Positions 1 through 15,500 of a stretch of DNA of 64,000 bases are shown piece by piece (the first letter of the stretch is position 1; the number at the start of each line of letters is the position of its first letter). Under the pieces are notes generated by a model, which saw only the letters and a program-made list of their open reading frames with translations, was not told where the DNA came from and searched no databases. The stretch comes from Eledone cirrhosa. Lineage: Eukaryota. The stretch spans positions 279,186,001 through 279,250,000 of the forward strand of contig OZ024743.1 of NCBI GenBank assembly GCA_964016885.1. Direction: 5' to 3'. The position numbers and the translations under genes were made by a program.

Positions 1-611
1 ATCCCCCGAAGTGAAGAGAATAAATTGCTGATCTTTTAAACCTCGTCTCAACAACAGTTTCTGATACATAAGGTGCATCCGGGAGGGATAACAGGAAATA
101 ATCACTGGACAGATTTTAAGGGCAAAACTAACTGGCAAGAGACCAAGAAGTAGCAATCGAGTAAAATGGTTGAAGGAGAAGGAACATATCTGGAGGAAGT
201 TTTCGTCGACTAATTGCATGGATTTCCAACTTATATCAAATATGGGAGATTTTACCGTATTTTATGTCGAATGTATGACGCTCACCTACAGAATTTGTTC
301 TGGACTTATTGAAATTATCCATAATGAGGGTCATTGCATTCATCTTTTTTCTCTCTACATATTAATATGTAATAAATTGATCAATTCACTGGAATGTTTT
401 GCATACATACATGCACACGTGTACACAAACATAACTCCATTCAGACATACATATATATACATAAATGCTATACACTCACTAAAGAATACATTCAGAAAAA
501 TATGCATACATATATAATAAGTTATTTACATATATACATTAATACAAGTATTCAGTGGAGTAAATATACATATACATACATACGTGCATACATACATACG
601 TACATACATAC

Positions 612-921
612 ATTGAAAACGTGCTCTGTTGTTGAGATTCGCTGCCCAATTGATGTGAAGTTTGTAAGAAAAATACAAGACTAGGAGGACATCTACGGAA
701 CATTGATGAGGAGTTTGCAGATCCAGTATCCAAGATACACCTTCAGCTTCATATCGATCATTATTGGAGCTACAGGTTATCTATCAGCCTGCTTGGACCA
801 AAGTATGACTGAACTTGGATTTGTGGACAAAGAGCGCAGCTCCCTAATTCGTAGACTAGAAATGACTGCGATAGCTGGCACCTTCAAAATTTGCAAAACA
901 TTCTTGCGATTCAAGGGATGA
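612..921 (+). pseudogene. 3' fragment of an RLE-type non-LTR retrotransposon (restriction-like endonuclease C-terminus)
   Basis: Translation CSVVEIRCPID..K...Y..L..SL...YP.Y.F.FISIIIGATG...AIAGTFKICKTFL resembles an RLE C-terminus; contains an internal stop and begins directly after a (TACA)n tract. Confidence 0.7.
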
Positions 922-1186
922 CAATTTCTTTTCTTTTACAACCTTGCCACCAGGAAGGTGGCCGGTCAAATTTGTACTCGTAGTTAAGAAAATGAAAAAC
1001 ATACATATATACATATAAAAATGCATGCATGCATACATATATAAATGCATTCATATATAAATACATGCATACATGCCTACAATAGCTATATACATAGATC
1101 TATAGATACATTTATACACATACACACACACTCACACACATATATATATATAAATATATATAAATGCACACACACACACACACACT

Positions 1187-1830
<644 letters not shown>

Positions 1831-2439
1831 TCCATTCATTCATTTATTTGTTTGTTTATTTTTCAATTTATTTCATTTTATGTTTCTATGTTTATGGTTT
1901 GGTAACGATATTCGATTCGGTGGCGGAGTGTTTAGTTATTAGTAGTACATGCCTTCGGCAATTTTTTCCATTTTACTTTTATATATTTATTAGGTGATTT
2001 TTGTAAGTTGGTTTTGTTGTATTTTCCTCGTTGTTTTTGTTATTGTTCTCGTTTTGCTTTGTTATATTTACTTCTAGCTTTCATTTATCACGTGATTCTT
2101 CTTTGTCGTTAAACATCCTAGCGAATCCTTGACAGACAATGTATATAATTTCCCCCGCCAAACTTTGTTTTCGTCAACATCATCATCATTATATTCAACG
2201 ATATGGTCAACATCATCTTTGTCGGCACCACCATCTTTATAATCATCGTCGTCATCGATATCATCAATCATCATCATCATCATCATCCATATTATGAAAT
2301 GTTCGGGTTTTGTTGGTGCTTTTTTATTTAATTTTTACTTTTGTGTTTGTCATTGGTGTTTTTGTTCATCTTAAGAGATAGTCTTGCAGCTCTAGGCTTA
2401 CTTGTTAAATATATATAATATATATGTGTGTGTGTATAC

Positions 2440-2512
<73 letters not shown>

Positions 2513-3137
2513 AATAATTCATTTATATGTAATGTTTCTGTGTGAATGTGTGTATGAATAAATGAATCAGTAGTGTACACACAACTACACACGAGTGTGT
2601 AGTTATATATATTCATATATATATATATGAATATATAAGAAAAGGAACAGGGCCAGTCTCACATAACATGTCGTTATGCACATTTCAAAGGCAACAATAT
2701 GTCGATATTCAACATTTACTCACTGCGATGTCGTCAGGCAGGAGGTCAATTGCAAATAAACACGAAGTTTAAATTCAAACAGGTCGTTGTGCTATAAATA
2801 TGGCCACATGCATTTGTTTGCATTTCTTGATGTCATACTTACTTAACTTTGGGTTTACTCTTGAGGAAAATGGATTAATCTTTCGCACCATTCGCTTTGT
2901 GACAAATAATTCGAATGGTATCTGTTATACTGCGGCTACAACTTCGATTTACACATATTATATATATATATAAATAGATAGATAGATAGATAGATATTAT
3001 ATGTGTGTATGTGCGCGCGCGTGTGCTTGGGTGCATCTCTGTGTGTGTGTCTTTGTATATAGATAGAGACATATATATATAGATATATAGATTTACGTGT
3101 GAGTTTATACATGTCTATGTATGTATATATATATATG

Positions 3138-3187
<50 letters not shown>

Positions 3188-3647
3188 TATATAAATATAT
3201 ATGAAAACAGGGAGAAAGAGATGATTATGAGGAAGAAAAATATATTTTTATCCTTTTTTTGTCTCTCTCTCTCTCTTTTCTGGGTTAGAAAATGATTAAA
3301 ACGAAATGTTTTACTTTGTGTGAAGTGTTAAGGTATTAGTTGATTTATTTATTATTTAACAATTGCATTTATTTATCTATTTATATATTTAATTATTGTC
3401 TATTACCTGTTTCTGCATTTATATGCATTATCAAATTATAGTGAAATGTATTAGTGTGGTGTCGCACATGTTAAACAGAAGGTGCAGAAAGAATAATGTT
3501 TATATACAAACAAGGTTTAAGAAGTGAAAAGAAAAAAGAAAAAGGAAAAAAAACCGTGCATATTTTTCTTTCTCATTATCGTCGCTTTCTCCCTGTTTTC
3601 ATATATATATATATATCTAACTCGTGTGCCTCCTCTCCACATTTTAT

Positions 3648-4105
<458 letters not shown>

Positions 4106-4160
4106 ATATATATATATATATAGGAGGATTTATATAGATAGGATCTTATATATATATATA

Positions 4161-5424
4161 GGAGGATATTTGTTCGCAAGATTTCTGTCTAGAAAAAAGT
4201 AACACAGTAGTTTTATTTTTTAAGATATATTTATGAAACTTGGGTCAGTTCGTCTTCATGACTTGTTCTTTCGATCTCACTCGATAAACCCACCATTGGC
4301 TTTGATGATGGCCTCAAGGCGGCCTCGGAACCGGCTACAGGCCTTCGTCACTGTCCCTCGACTTAGGCCCCTAAAGGCACTTGTGATCCTGGCACTCAGA
4401 TCGTCTTTCGTATTGCAGCTAGATCTGTTGGTCTCTCATTCCACTGCGCCCCACACAAAGAAGTCGAGGGGGTTGCAGTCAGGCGAGCTGGGAAGCCAGA
4501 TGTCAGGTGAAGTGTGGTCGACGAATTTCTCTAACGGCTGGCATGGCAGGGCGCTGAGTCTTGCTGCCACACGTACGGCCTACCTGCAGCTACCAGGTCG
4601 ATACAGGGCTTTACTACCTCGCTCAGAACGGGGATGTAGCCATCGGTGTTCAACTTGAGGCCCTCAGGGAAGAAGTGAGGTAGCATGATGTCACCTTGAC
4701 TGCTGACGACACCTAAGACCAATGTTGTCGCTGGAAACTTTGTCTGCATGACTCTGGGCACGTCTTTGGATGAGACAGCGAGCCACCTGTTGTTCTGGGA
4801 GTTGATCTTCTGGTCTTGGCAGAAGTTTTCTCGTCAGAGAATAACCACAGCATGTCTGGCTCCAGTGGATGTTTCAACTTGTTGATCAGCTTCTTTGCGT
4901 GCTTCAGTCGCTTTTCTTGCATCGCATGTGACAGAAATTGTCCTTTCCTCATATTGTATGAAACGTAGCGAATGTCTTCATCTACCACCAGTCTAATGAG
5001 CTTTTCATCCACGCCTTTCTCCCTTGTAATGGCACGCATCGACTTGCTAGATTCATTGTTGATGATATCCTGAACTAAAGCGACGAACTCGGGCGTTCTG
5101 GAGGCGTCATATCGTCGTTCATGTGTTTTCCTCTCTGATGTTACTTCGTAGTCGAATCCTGAATCTTCCAATTCCTTTCTGACCTTTTCTACCATTCTCC
5201 TGCTGACGCTGAGAAAGTTTGAAATTTCCTTATTTGTCCTCCCGGCGCGGATTCCAAGAAGAACTCCGTGTCTCTTCCACAAATTTGGAGGATCATATCA
5301 ATTATTCTGAAAATAAATAATGGAAATATAGACACTGTTTTTATGAAGACAAGAGTGACAACGGAAATAAAAAAATTTGCATAAAATTAGCAGTTGAAAA
5401 TTGCAAACAAATATGGTCCACACC

Positions 5425-5427
<3 letters not shown>
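4161..5427 (-). mobile_element. Tc1/mariner DNA transposon (probably DD37D/maT-like), decayed
   Basis: Right end reads TA-CAGGGTGTGGACCATATTTGTTTGCAA on the minus strand; partial left TIR ATATTTGTTCGCAA at 4166; TA flanks; transposase motifs inside. Confidence 0.85.
4277..5282 (-). pseudogene. Tc1/mariner transposase, frameshifted
   Basis: N-terminal HTH region, WLFSDEK, YVWQQDSAPCH, SSPDCNPLD and a C-terminal ANGGFIE* split over several frames. Confidence 0.85.
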
Positions 5428-5469
<42 letters not shown>

Positions 5470-5475
<6 letters not shown>

Positions 5476-5729
5476 TTATAAGAATCAAAGAACTGTTCAA
5501 AACATTTTTATGCTTACATAAAAGCATAAAAATGTTTTGAACAGTTCTTTGATTCTTATAATTCATATAACTGCTCTGTAAATCATCTGATGTTTTTACA
5601 TTGAGCTACTTAACTTACTGGTAATAAGGTAGTAATATATTACTGCCTACCACTATTTAGGGTTTGTATAAAAATATATATAACTGCAAAAGGTTTTTGT
5701 ATTTACATATCCATAAATAGTATAACTAA

Positions 5730-5735
<6 letters not shown>
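5470..5735. repeat. Foldback insertion between (TA)n tracts
   Basis: 5470-5513 is the reverse complement of 5523-5568; the right arm continues to the next (TA)n. Confidence 0.7.
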
Positions 5736-5784
<49 letters not shown>

Positions 5785-5787
5785 GTA

Positions 5788-5912
<125 letters not shown>

Positions 5913-7199
5913 ATGTCTGTGTGTGTCTGTGTACGTGTATGCGTTTAGAAGCAGCTGTTAGATGTATTTAATAACAATGTATTTTCGTACGCATGGCTCC
6001 CGTTTTATGTTAAACACTAAATTCACATTCATTAAAAATATAAACACTTAATATTAGGCATGTAATATCATACACATATATATACACGAACGCATACATA
6101 TTCGGTATTTCTGCAATTTTACGTTTTTATATCTAATCCATGATAAAATAAAGTACCAGTAATGCACTAGGTTATTGCTGGTCTTGTGCTTAACGTAGAA
6201 ACAATTAATTACTTTTCCATCGTGAGGTTCATGAGAGTGGATTGTGTACTATATATCAACGACCGGGTATTGATTAGGTTCATTTAATTAGATGTTGATA
6301 TTTCGAATGAATTTAGTGAAGGCGCAAAGCGATTTTCTTAGGCAACGGGAAACAAAACTTGTTCATTGCCGATAGAAAACTTAAAATCCTCTAACACACA
6401 ATCATGATAATATATCATATTTTATATGAATAGTGCCAGAAATAAGCGAAAAGCAAAAGAAGTTCTTTCAATTGAAATATATTCTTGGAAAATATGTTAA
6501 AAGATTATAAAACGTACAATATACGATGGAAATTAAAAATTCGAAGCTATATTTAGGCTTCATTCCAATAACATTTTCTATTGTAACTAAATTATTGTCA
6601 CAGACTACGAACAAAATCACAATTAGTACTTTCCATTTTTCTATTTCGTCAGAAAAAAGATGGCAGTGTTCATTATCATTATCAGAGCCTCTAGCTTTTG
6701 CGGCATGCAGGTGGTTGTCCTTAAACCGGAGACGTATCTCAAATATTAACATCAAAATGGATTGTACTAATAACAACGATGCCCGGATACGGAGAGTTAA
6801 ACTGGGAGAAAATGGAGAAAGTCTATCACCTAAGAAGAGCAAGAGTCGTAACTCAGTCATCCACATCTACAATTCTATAGTGATTAAAAATGGACATTGG
6901 AGCTACAAAATACACCATCATGATTATTGTCACATATATCAACGCCATCAATACATAACCATTGAAAGCATTACAGTAGCAGGCCAACAAACAAGACATC
7001 ATTCGGTCACTTAATCTGACAGATATCAATTTTACACCTCCATACCGCCTTAAAAATGAATAAGTATATAGGATAACTGGATACTGGATATAATGTCTGA
7101 AGATTAAGAGGGATAGTCACGTCTGTAATGTTCGCCATTTCAACTCTGAAAGCGACGTTTCCAACCAAATAAATTACTAAAACCTTCAAGACGTTTTAT

Positions 7200-7293
7200 A
7201 ATTGTTTCTACTTTAGGCACAAGGCCAGCAATTATCCAGTGCATTACTGGTACTTTATTTTATCGACCCCGTAAGGATGAAAGGCAAAGTCAA
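7200..7293 (-). mobile_element. SINE 3' half (same family as 27.5-29.2 kb)
   Basis: Reverse complement of ...cctttcatccttacggggtcgataaaataaagtaccagtaatgcactgg...gccttgtgcctaaagtagaaacaat; further fragments at ~6140-6207 (+), ~10551-10690 (-) and ~23430-23480 (+). Confidence 0.8.
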
Positions 7294-7559
7294 CACATAC
7301 AGACAGAACTTTTCATCATAAACTGACATAAACGCTGCATCATCACACCAGGCCATAAAATAACTTCCGGAAACACAATCAATATTATCCTTTTAAAAGT
7401 GATCTCCGCAGAATCTAAAAGGCTTTTGAAAGTCCTAAATGTAAAATTCGTAAATATAAAAACAATCTTACTTCAATATTAACCTAAAAATCCATTCTAA
7501 GATAAAGTTGCCAAAAATACTAAAAATGTTACAATAAGAAATTCTAATTTACACCCGAT

Positions 7560-8070
7560 AAGACAGAATATTCCTCCTGAAACATGAAATTCTGCATCCA
7601 GTATATAAATATCAGAAAACATCCATGGAATACTGGTATGACATGACTCGTGTATTAGAAATGTAAGTATTTAACATAAGCTTACAATGCGAAACACATG
7701 AATATAATAAATATATATTTACTCTCTCCAACACGACCAGTTACACCCACTGCATTTCTTGTTTAAAATTCATTGATACAATTATTGACACCGCCATTTG
7801 AGGAGATTCTAATGTACACAACACAGTCTGATGCAAAACTAATATAGATAAAACAAGGGTAACGTAATAACATTACAGTAAACACCGTTTACATCTTGAA
7901 TAAGTCACACTCACAAACACACGCCCCAGCAAACCAAGTAGAGCAATTCACTACACCCACAAACATCATCACCATAAACACGGGGCAACATTTCCCTAAA
8001 TATTTTCTGATCACCTACTATCATTACAATAGACACGTACATCAATGATCCAAACCAAACCTCGCTCACG
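7560..8070 (+). pseudogene. Highly degraded APE-type LINE endonuclease fragment
   Basis: GDSNVHN (GDFNAH-like) near 7802 and SDH near 8006; many stops. Confidence 0.4.
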
Positions 8071-8152
8071 ATCTTCCGAAAAAACATGTAGCATCCACAT
8101 CTCTTGTAATGGTAATGGAAAAAAGAATTCTTTTTTCCATTACCATTAGATG

Positions 8153-8229
8153 TGGTGTGACGAGCCGCGGATTACAGAGTCGGGTCAGATCGAACCTTGA
8201 GCTGATCAGTGGCGAAACGCGCGTCACCA
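8153..8229 (+). ncRNA. Degenerate type I hammerhead (C3G) in a PLE-like terminal relic
   Basis: TGGT-GTGACGA-GCCGC...GTGGC-GAAA-CGCGCG-TC-ACCA; preceded by a perfect 42-bp palindrome (8107-8148); ends near (TA)n at ~8282. Confidence 0.6.
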
Positions 8230-10701
8230 ACCATTAAACGTAATGAAGGAGTAACCAATCGTCCTTGATATTTTATTTCACTATATATATATATGTGTGT
8301 TTGTGTGTGTGTGTGAGTAACTGTAAATATATGCTTAACTGTTTGTCTGTGGATATGTGTGTGAGCGTATATATATATATATATGTATACACATTCATGA
8401 ACATACGCAAACACACAAATGCACACACGCACACGCTCGAATCACACATACTCCTATATGAATGTATATGTCTAAATGTATGTTTTATGCATGTCTCCTA
8501 CCTAGAGACATCTATCGACCGTCAAGCATTTGCCGCCAAATCACATCACAATTACTGTTTCGCCCCAAAGGTATGTCTATGTAGTTTCTACGGTATTATT
8601 TAGGCAATATATGATTATTATGAGAACAGTCAATGTAATGAATGTTTATTCTATGTAAATATTTGAGCTGGAGGTCAAGCAACTATTAGATCTATCTTTG
8701 ATTCTTTTGTTGATTCTTTGATTGATTGACCACCTTATTTAAACGATGAATTAATTGAAATAAATAAATAAATATAAAATAAATAAATAAATATGTTTTC
8801 TGTGCCATTTTGTTCAGGTCTATTTTTGAAATTCTGTGTCATGCTTTTTATTGTCCTATCGTATTTTTCTTTTTCCTATTTGAGTTCGATGCGGCAGTCG
8901 TGGTCGTGGTCGTCGCGTCCGTTCTTCTTCTTCTTCTTCTTCTTCTTCTTCTTCTTCTTCTTCTTCTTCTTCTTCTTCTTCTTCTTGGTGGTGGTGGTGG
9001 TAGTTTTTTTGAATCCATGTTATTCACAATCACACAGATCCATGATCGAAGTCATTCGAGCCGTGACCATCCCGTTTATTTTCATCATGTGCTGGAAATC
9101 CAGACCAACATTATATTTTTTAACGTTCCCTTTTTCATAGTCAATGTTAGATGTAAAAAAGATTGCAGTTGTTCCATCTATCATGTCCAGCGATCACATA
9201 GTATCTCTTTCCTTGTTTTATAAACTAACAAACAAACAAAAAATAGTTATGGACAGTGTTCTAACTGTGGCCGTACAGACCTTTTACTTGATTTCTGAGG
9301 GTTTCTGTACACAAAGGTTGTCAAAAAAGGAAGGATACGTTAGATTTTGCAATCCTAGACACACTATGACAAAATTATGAGAATTAAACAAAAATAATAA
9401 CAACATAAACAACAACCACATTAAACACAATCTATTCTTATTTGTAAGTCTGGTATTAAGCCATACCTTTTTAAGAAAGGTATATATTGAACTGAAATGA
9501 CACGAAAGGACAGCTGGTATTGATTCTGTTGACCCTGGAGTGATGAATGCCGGCACGTCACTATACACTGAGCTACCTAATCCTTGGGTACACTAAAATA
9601 TGTCTCACCATTGAGTAGTTTTTATTCAGTAAACATTAATTATAGAATGAAGGATATATACAATGTGCTGAATAGTCTGGTACCATCCAGAGAGGAATTA
9701 AGAAGCCAACGGTGGCCACTTTTGTTTTTACACACTTTTTTCTACTAGGATATTATATGTTTCCCCTTGTACCGGTGAAATAAATACCAATATCGTAGCA
9801 TTGATTAACGTATTATAAAACAAATAACATATATTTAGTCTTGATACGTGACATTCCTTAATACCACCACCTGTACTTCGTTGCTTTGGTGGAGTCTTGT
9901 CCATTATTTAGCATACCTTCAAACCCAAGACTTAACCTGAGGATTACTCAAAATTCTAATGTATGCAGTGCTTCCAGTTGTAGCAAACTGTATGCTATGG
10001 ATTCGTCCCCTTTTCTCATATCAGTCTAGGAGAACATGTACGCGGTAATGGACGTTGCTTCTTCCACAACTGTGTGTGCAATAAAGTATCTACAAGTTCT
10101 TCATGATCATCATAAATAATGTCAACATCAATAACAATTAAGACGATGGAAATGTCATCAACGACATGTATTACCATTGCCACCGCAATCACTACCATTA
10201 TGAGTCTATATCAACCCCACCACCACTACCACCACTACTACTATAATAATATACATTATAGCCTCACCAACATGACTATCAACAGAACAGACGGAAGTAA
10301 CAGAACTCCGACGAAAAGATCAAACTAAACTTTATTATATGTAAATATTGAAATATCGACGTGTATTCCAGTCTTGAAGCATTATTTAACATCCACTTGA
10401 AGTATGGAAATTTGGACTATATTCCGCTACACTTCATTAACATTAACCTTAACTACAGTCAGCCAACCACCGTATCATATTACACTGTGTCACATAGAAC
10501 CAAACTACATATATTGCACTACATAACATTACAGCAATAACAACAACAGTAATGGTTTCTGATTTAGGCACAATGCCAGCAATTTTGTGGGAGGGAAAAG
10601 TCGATTAAATCGACCCCAGTGCATTACTAGTGCTTTATTTTACAGACCCCAGAAATTAAAGGGTTGTCCGACGCCCAACCGATACTGATAATCCACCGTC
10701 C

Positions 10702-10750
<49 letters not shown>

Positions 10751-10755
<5 letters not shown>

Positions 10756-11631
10756 CCAGAGCGAGCTAACAATCCTGATGTTGACAAAACTTTAACCCAT
10801 CAGTGGTTGGCATCCTCTGGACTGAAATCGGAGACTGAAGGACTGATTATATCCGCACAAGATCAGTGTCTGCCAACAAAAAATTACCAAGCCAACATAA
10901 TAAAAAATGGGTGCAGCCCATTATGCCGTGTATGCAAAAAACAACCAGAGACCATTGACCATATAATTTCAATGTGCAGTCCTATAGCTCCAACCGAATA
11001 CCTAAACAGGCATGACAGAGCTGCACAATACATACATTGGATAATGTGTAAGCATTTTGACCTGCCCCATCAAAAGAATTGGTGGGAGCATCAACCACCT
11101 CCCATACTTGAAAAAGATCACATCTCAATCTTGTGGAACTTTAGCATCCAAACAGACCGAAAAATAGATGCAAATAGACCTGATATAATATTGAAGGACT
11201 TTCAAAGGAGGGTATGCCTGCTAATTGATATGTCTGTTCCAATAGACAAGAATGTATCTATAAAAACATTTGAAAAATTGAGCAAGTATAAGGACCTGGA
11301 GATAGAAATTGGAAAAATGTGGAAATTGAGAACTAAAACAATACCAGTGGTTGTAGGCGCTCTGGGAATGATACCTAAGGGGTCTAACGACTACTTATCG
11401 CAAATCCCAGGAAACCCGCGTATAGGAGAAATACAAAAGATAGTACTAATGGGAACTTCCCATATACTAAGGAAGATCCTGTCAATATAAGTACATCACA
11501 AGTCTAAACACTAAGGATGCATGTGTGAATATGTGTGTTCTTTCTTGAACATGGCGGACCTTGTTGTCTCTTGAGGTCACTGGTTGTGACTTGGTGATAA
11601 CTCGTATAAACATAAAGCAAGATAAATGCAA
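10751..11631 (+). mobile_element. 5'-truncated R4/Dong-like LINE (family B) inserted in (AAT)n
   Basis: Nearly identical to 26635-27514; flanked by (AAT)n on both sides. Confidence 0.92.
10807..11490 (+). pseudogene. C-terminal CCHC zinc knuckle plus RLE domain of the family B LINE
   Basis: CRVC..ETIDHIISMC, RHD, RPDI..D, K..KY..L, IPVVVGALG. Confidence 0.9.
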
Positions 11632-12549
11632 ATAATAATAATAATAGAGAAGAAGACGCACGAGGTGACGGAGGTCATGAAATCGCTCCCGTAAGTTTTG
11701 AATTTTTAACATATTTAAATCATTTATGAAATAACAACTCTTAGTACAAATGCTACGTAAAGCAGCCGGCTTGAGCCCCAAAAAAATTCGGACCCAAAAT
11801 ATATTGTTATAAGGCTCAAATATTCAAATATTCAACTTTGTATTGTACACTGTATATCCAAAAAAGAAAATGGCTATAAATGGAAGAAGAACCCCCCCCC
11901 CTCCTCCTCTGTCTACACTATATAGAACAGCCAAACTCACCAACACCAGAAACTAGATACACCACCCACCCCATCACCTGTGTACACTAAACCACCACCG
12001 CTCACTACGGCCATCATTACAACCACTATCCCATCACCGCCGCCACCACCCCTTCACTCCTTCACTGCTACCACCGCTACAGCACCATCACTACAGTAAT
12101 ACGGTCACATCACCGCCACCACTGCCTCGGTATCGACATCACCACCACCACTGTCTCAGTATCGCTACCGCCGCCAGTCTCCCACTTCTTTCAGATGGCT
12201 GCTGCCATCACATTATAGAATCCCTACTGCTAAAAAAGAGGAAGGCATCAAAATATATAGATAGACTCAAAAGAAAAAAGAAAAAACAAACAACAAAACC
12301 AAAGCAGCACAGCAACAACAGCAAAAAACGAGAAAAACAAACAGAGAAAAACAAAAACCCAAAAAACAAAAAAAAACCCAAAAAACGTAAAGAAAATAAG
12401 AATGAAGAGAGAAGCAGGCGGACGGACAGAGAAGAGGGGGGAAAAACTAAAACTTAAAAAACAAAAACTAAGTCAGACATTCGAACACTACATTACAATG
12501 AAACTTATGCTTATTCATTTTTGGGGCCCTTTCTGCCTGTGTGTTTGTT

Positions 12550-15500
12550 TGTTTATGTGTGTTCGTATACAGCGTGGTGATAATGCCACACAAGAGCCAA
12601 GTGGAATGGCGGATCCACAGATGGATATGTAACCATACATTCGCCAATCCTCGATAAGAGTGTTTAAATATCGAACCTAAACAGTTCGAATGACGGTGAA
12701 ATGGAGACTAGAACGTCATGTGACAGACTCTCACCCAACAGGTGCCCCCTGGCTCAGCAGCAGGAACCTGACTGTCAACTAAATACTGCTGATGTTGGAG
12801 GAAGGAGAAGAAGGAAAGGGGCCAGAACCAACTGGACGAAAGAATTGAATAGAACTGTTATGCAATGTTACCTGAAAAGTAACCCCAAGGAGAGGGGCTA
12901 CAGGAGACGGATGCATAACATCTGGAACGAGATTGGTTTATTTAAATTAGATGAACAAAAATTGGCCGGGCAGGCTCGGGTAATAAGAACTAACGGATGG
13001 ATAAGCGAGCTGGAACTGGAGGAACTGAGCAGAGAGAATGGCTTGGAGATGGCGGGTGTAGTATGCCAGACAAGCGAGCCAGTGGGAAATGAAGGTGAAG
13101 AGGTCCTGAGAACGGAGGAACCACCCGAAGCAGACAATGATCTGAATACTGAGATAAATAATACCTGGAACAGAGATACGGCCACTGAGGAGATGAATGC
13201 TGACGGGCTAGGACAAGATTCGGTTGACATCCTAAATTTAGTGGTAGATGAATTGAACAATGATAGTGGGAGACCTATGAACCTAAGATTTGTAGACAGG
13301 AAAAAGTTAAAAGAAACAAGAGCTAAGGTAAACAAAGTCATCCCATACCTTGAGGCGAGGAGCCTTCACCAGTGCAACAATATCCTCAAAGCAACAGCAA
13401 ATACGGTGAGGAAACTACTTGGTATAAAAGCGAGAGGAAACAACAAACAAGAAAGAGCAGAGCCGTGGTGGAAGAAGCGACTGAGTGGGCAAATCGGGGT
13501 AATGAGAAATGACATAGGAAAGCTTGAGTCACTACTGAATGGGACACTAAAAAACATAGGCACTAAAAACAGACTGGAAATAAAATACAAAACTAGGAGG
13601 AAAAAGCTAAATATTATCATAGAGGAACTGAAGCAACGCATTGTAGCAAAGAGTGCAAAAATCAGGCGATACGAGAACAGAGTCAGTCAGTATAAACAGA
13701 ACCGCATGTTCGACAACAACCAGAAGATGCTGTTTGGACAGCTTGAGGGTAAAGAAAGAGGCAACGACTTGATCCCTGGGGCGGAGCAAACTAAAACATT
13801 CTGGAGAGGAATATGGGAGCAGGATGTTAGACACAATGCCCAGGCAGGGTGGATTGAGACAGTACAGAGGGAGATCGGTGAGCAGGCACAACAACAAACT
13901 GATTTGAGTATCACAGTTGAAACTCTTAAGGGGCAGGCCAAAAAACTAACCAACTGGAAATCACCAGGCCCAGATGGTGTGCAGGGGTATTGGATTAAAC
14001 ATTTAACATCCCTCCACCCGAAGCTGACGGCCATGTTCAATGACTGCTTGGTGTCGGGTGAGGTGCCAGAGTGGTTGACAAAAGGTACCACAGTTCTGAT
14101 AATGAAAGACCGAATCAAGGGTAATGATGTTACCAACTATAGACCCATCACATGTCTGTCCGTAATGTGGAAACTGTTGACGAGCATTGTGTCTGAGGAA
14201 ATCTGCCATCACCTCCACACAAACAACTTGTTACCGGACGAACAGAAAGGATGCCGAAAGAAGTCACGTGGTACAAAGGACCAGTTACTTATTGATAAGA
14301 TGGTAATGGGGAATTGCAGGAGGAGACACACTGATCTTGCCATGGGATGGATAGACTACAGAAAGGCATTTGACATGGTGCCTCATTCCTGGATCACCAA
14401 AAGCCTGGAGATCTTCAGGGTGGCAGATAACATCAGACAGTTGCTAGGCAGGAGTATGGGGTCCTGGGAGACAGAGTTGACATCAACTGGAGTATCCTTG
14501 GGAAGCGTGAAGATCAAGAGAGGTATCTTCCAGGGAGATAGCCTGTCCCCTCTGTTGTTTGTCCTTGCCCTGATGCCCTTGACCATTATGCTGCGAAAAG
14601 TGAGAGCAGGATACAAGTTGGGAAGGGGAGAGCTTACCATCAATCACCTCCTCTTCATGGACGATCTTAAGCTCTTCGGGAAAAGTGAGAAGGAGTTGGA
14701 TGTGCTTGTTGACACTGTCCGTATCTTCAGCAGTGATATATGTATGCAGTTTGGTATTGGTAAATGTGGAGTCATTGTGATGAAGAGGGGTAGGTTGAGC
14801 AGAAGTAACGGGATCCAGATACCAACAGGTGAGATGATAAAGGAAATTGACTCTGAGGAAGGATACAAGTATTTGGGCGTTCTGGAGGCTGATGGCATAA
14901 AGAACAAAAAAATGAAGGAATTGTTAAGAACTGAATACATTCGGAGAGTAAGGAGCGTATTGAAGTCACATCTGAACAGCAGAAATGCCATAAGCGCAGT
15001 AAATTCCCGAGCTGTGTCTATTATTAGGTACAGTGCGGGAATTCTGAGATGGAATGTTGCTGAACAAAAAGAAATGGATAGGAAGACTAGGAAGCTATTG
15101 ACTATCTACAACATGTTCCACAAGAGGAGTGATGTCGATAGACTCTACCTAAGGAGATCTGAGGGTGGAAGAGGTCTTATCAGCATAGAGGACTGTGTTC
15201 AGATGGAGAGAAACAACCTATACAAATACGTGACCTATAGTAAGGAGCCAATGCTCAGAACTGTACTGAAGGAGGGGACAGTAGGCCAGGGAATGTCCAA
15301 GGAGGAAATAACATCAAGGAGGAAGAGCAGCCTTAAGGGAAAATCCCTTCATAGTACCTTCTTTGAGAAAACTGAATTTAGAGATCCACAGACATGGAAC
15401 TGGTTGAAAAGAGGAGACCTCAAAAAGGCTACAGAAGGAATGCTAATGGCTGCGCAGAAGCAGGCCCTCAAAACGAAGTGGTTGAAGCACCATATCTACA

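Noticed and set aside
6468-7014. Overlapping 132-aa and 162-aa ORFs as a host exon
   Set aside because: No recognisable domain or splice evidence; probably decayed repeat
12570-12700. HDV-like ribozyme at the 5' end of LINE family A
   Set aside because: I could not assign the nested double pseudoknot by eye; left unannotated pending a motif search
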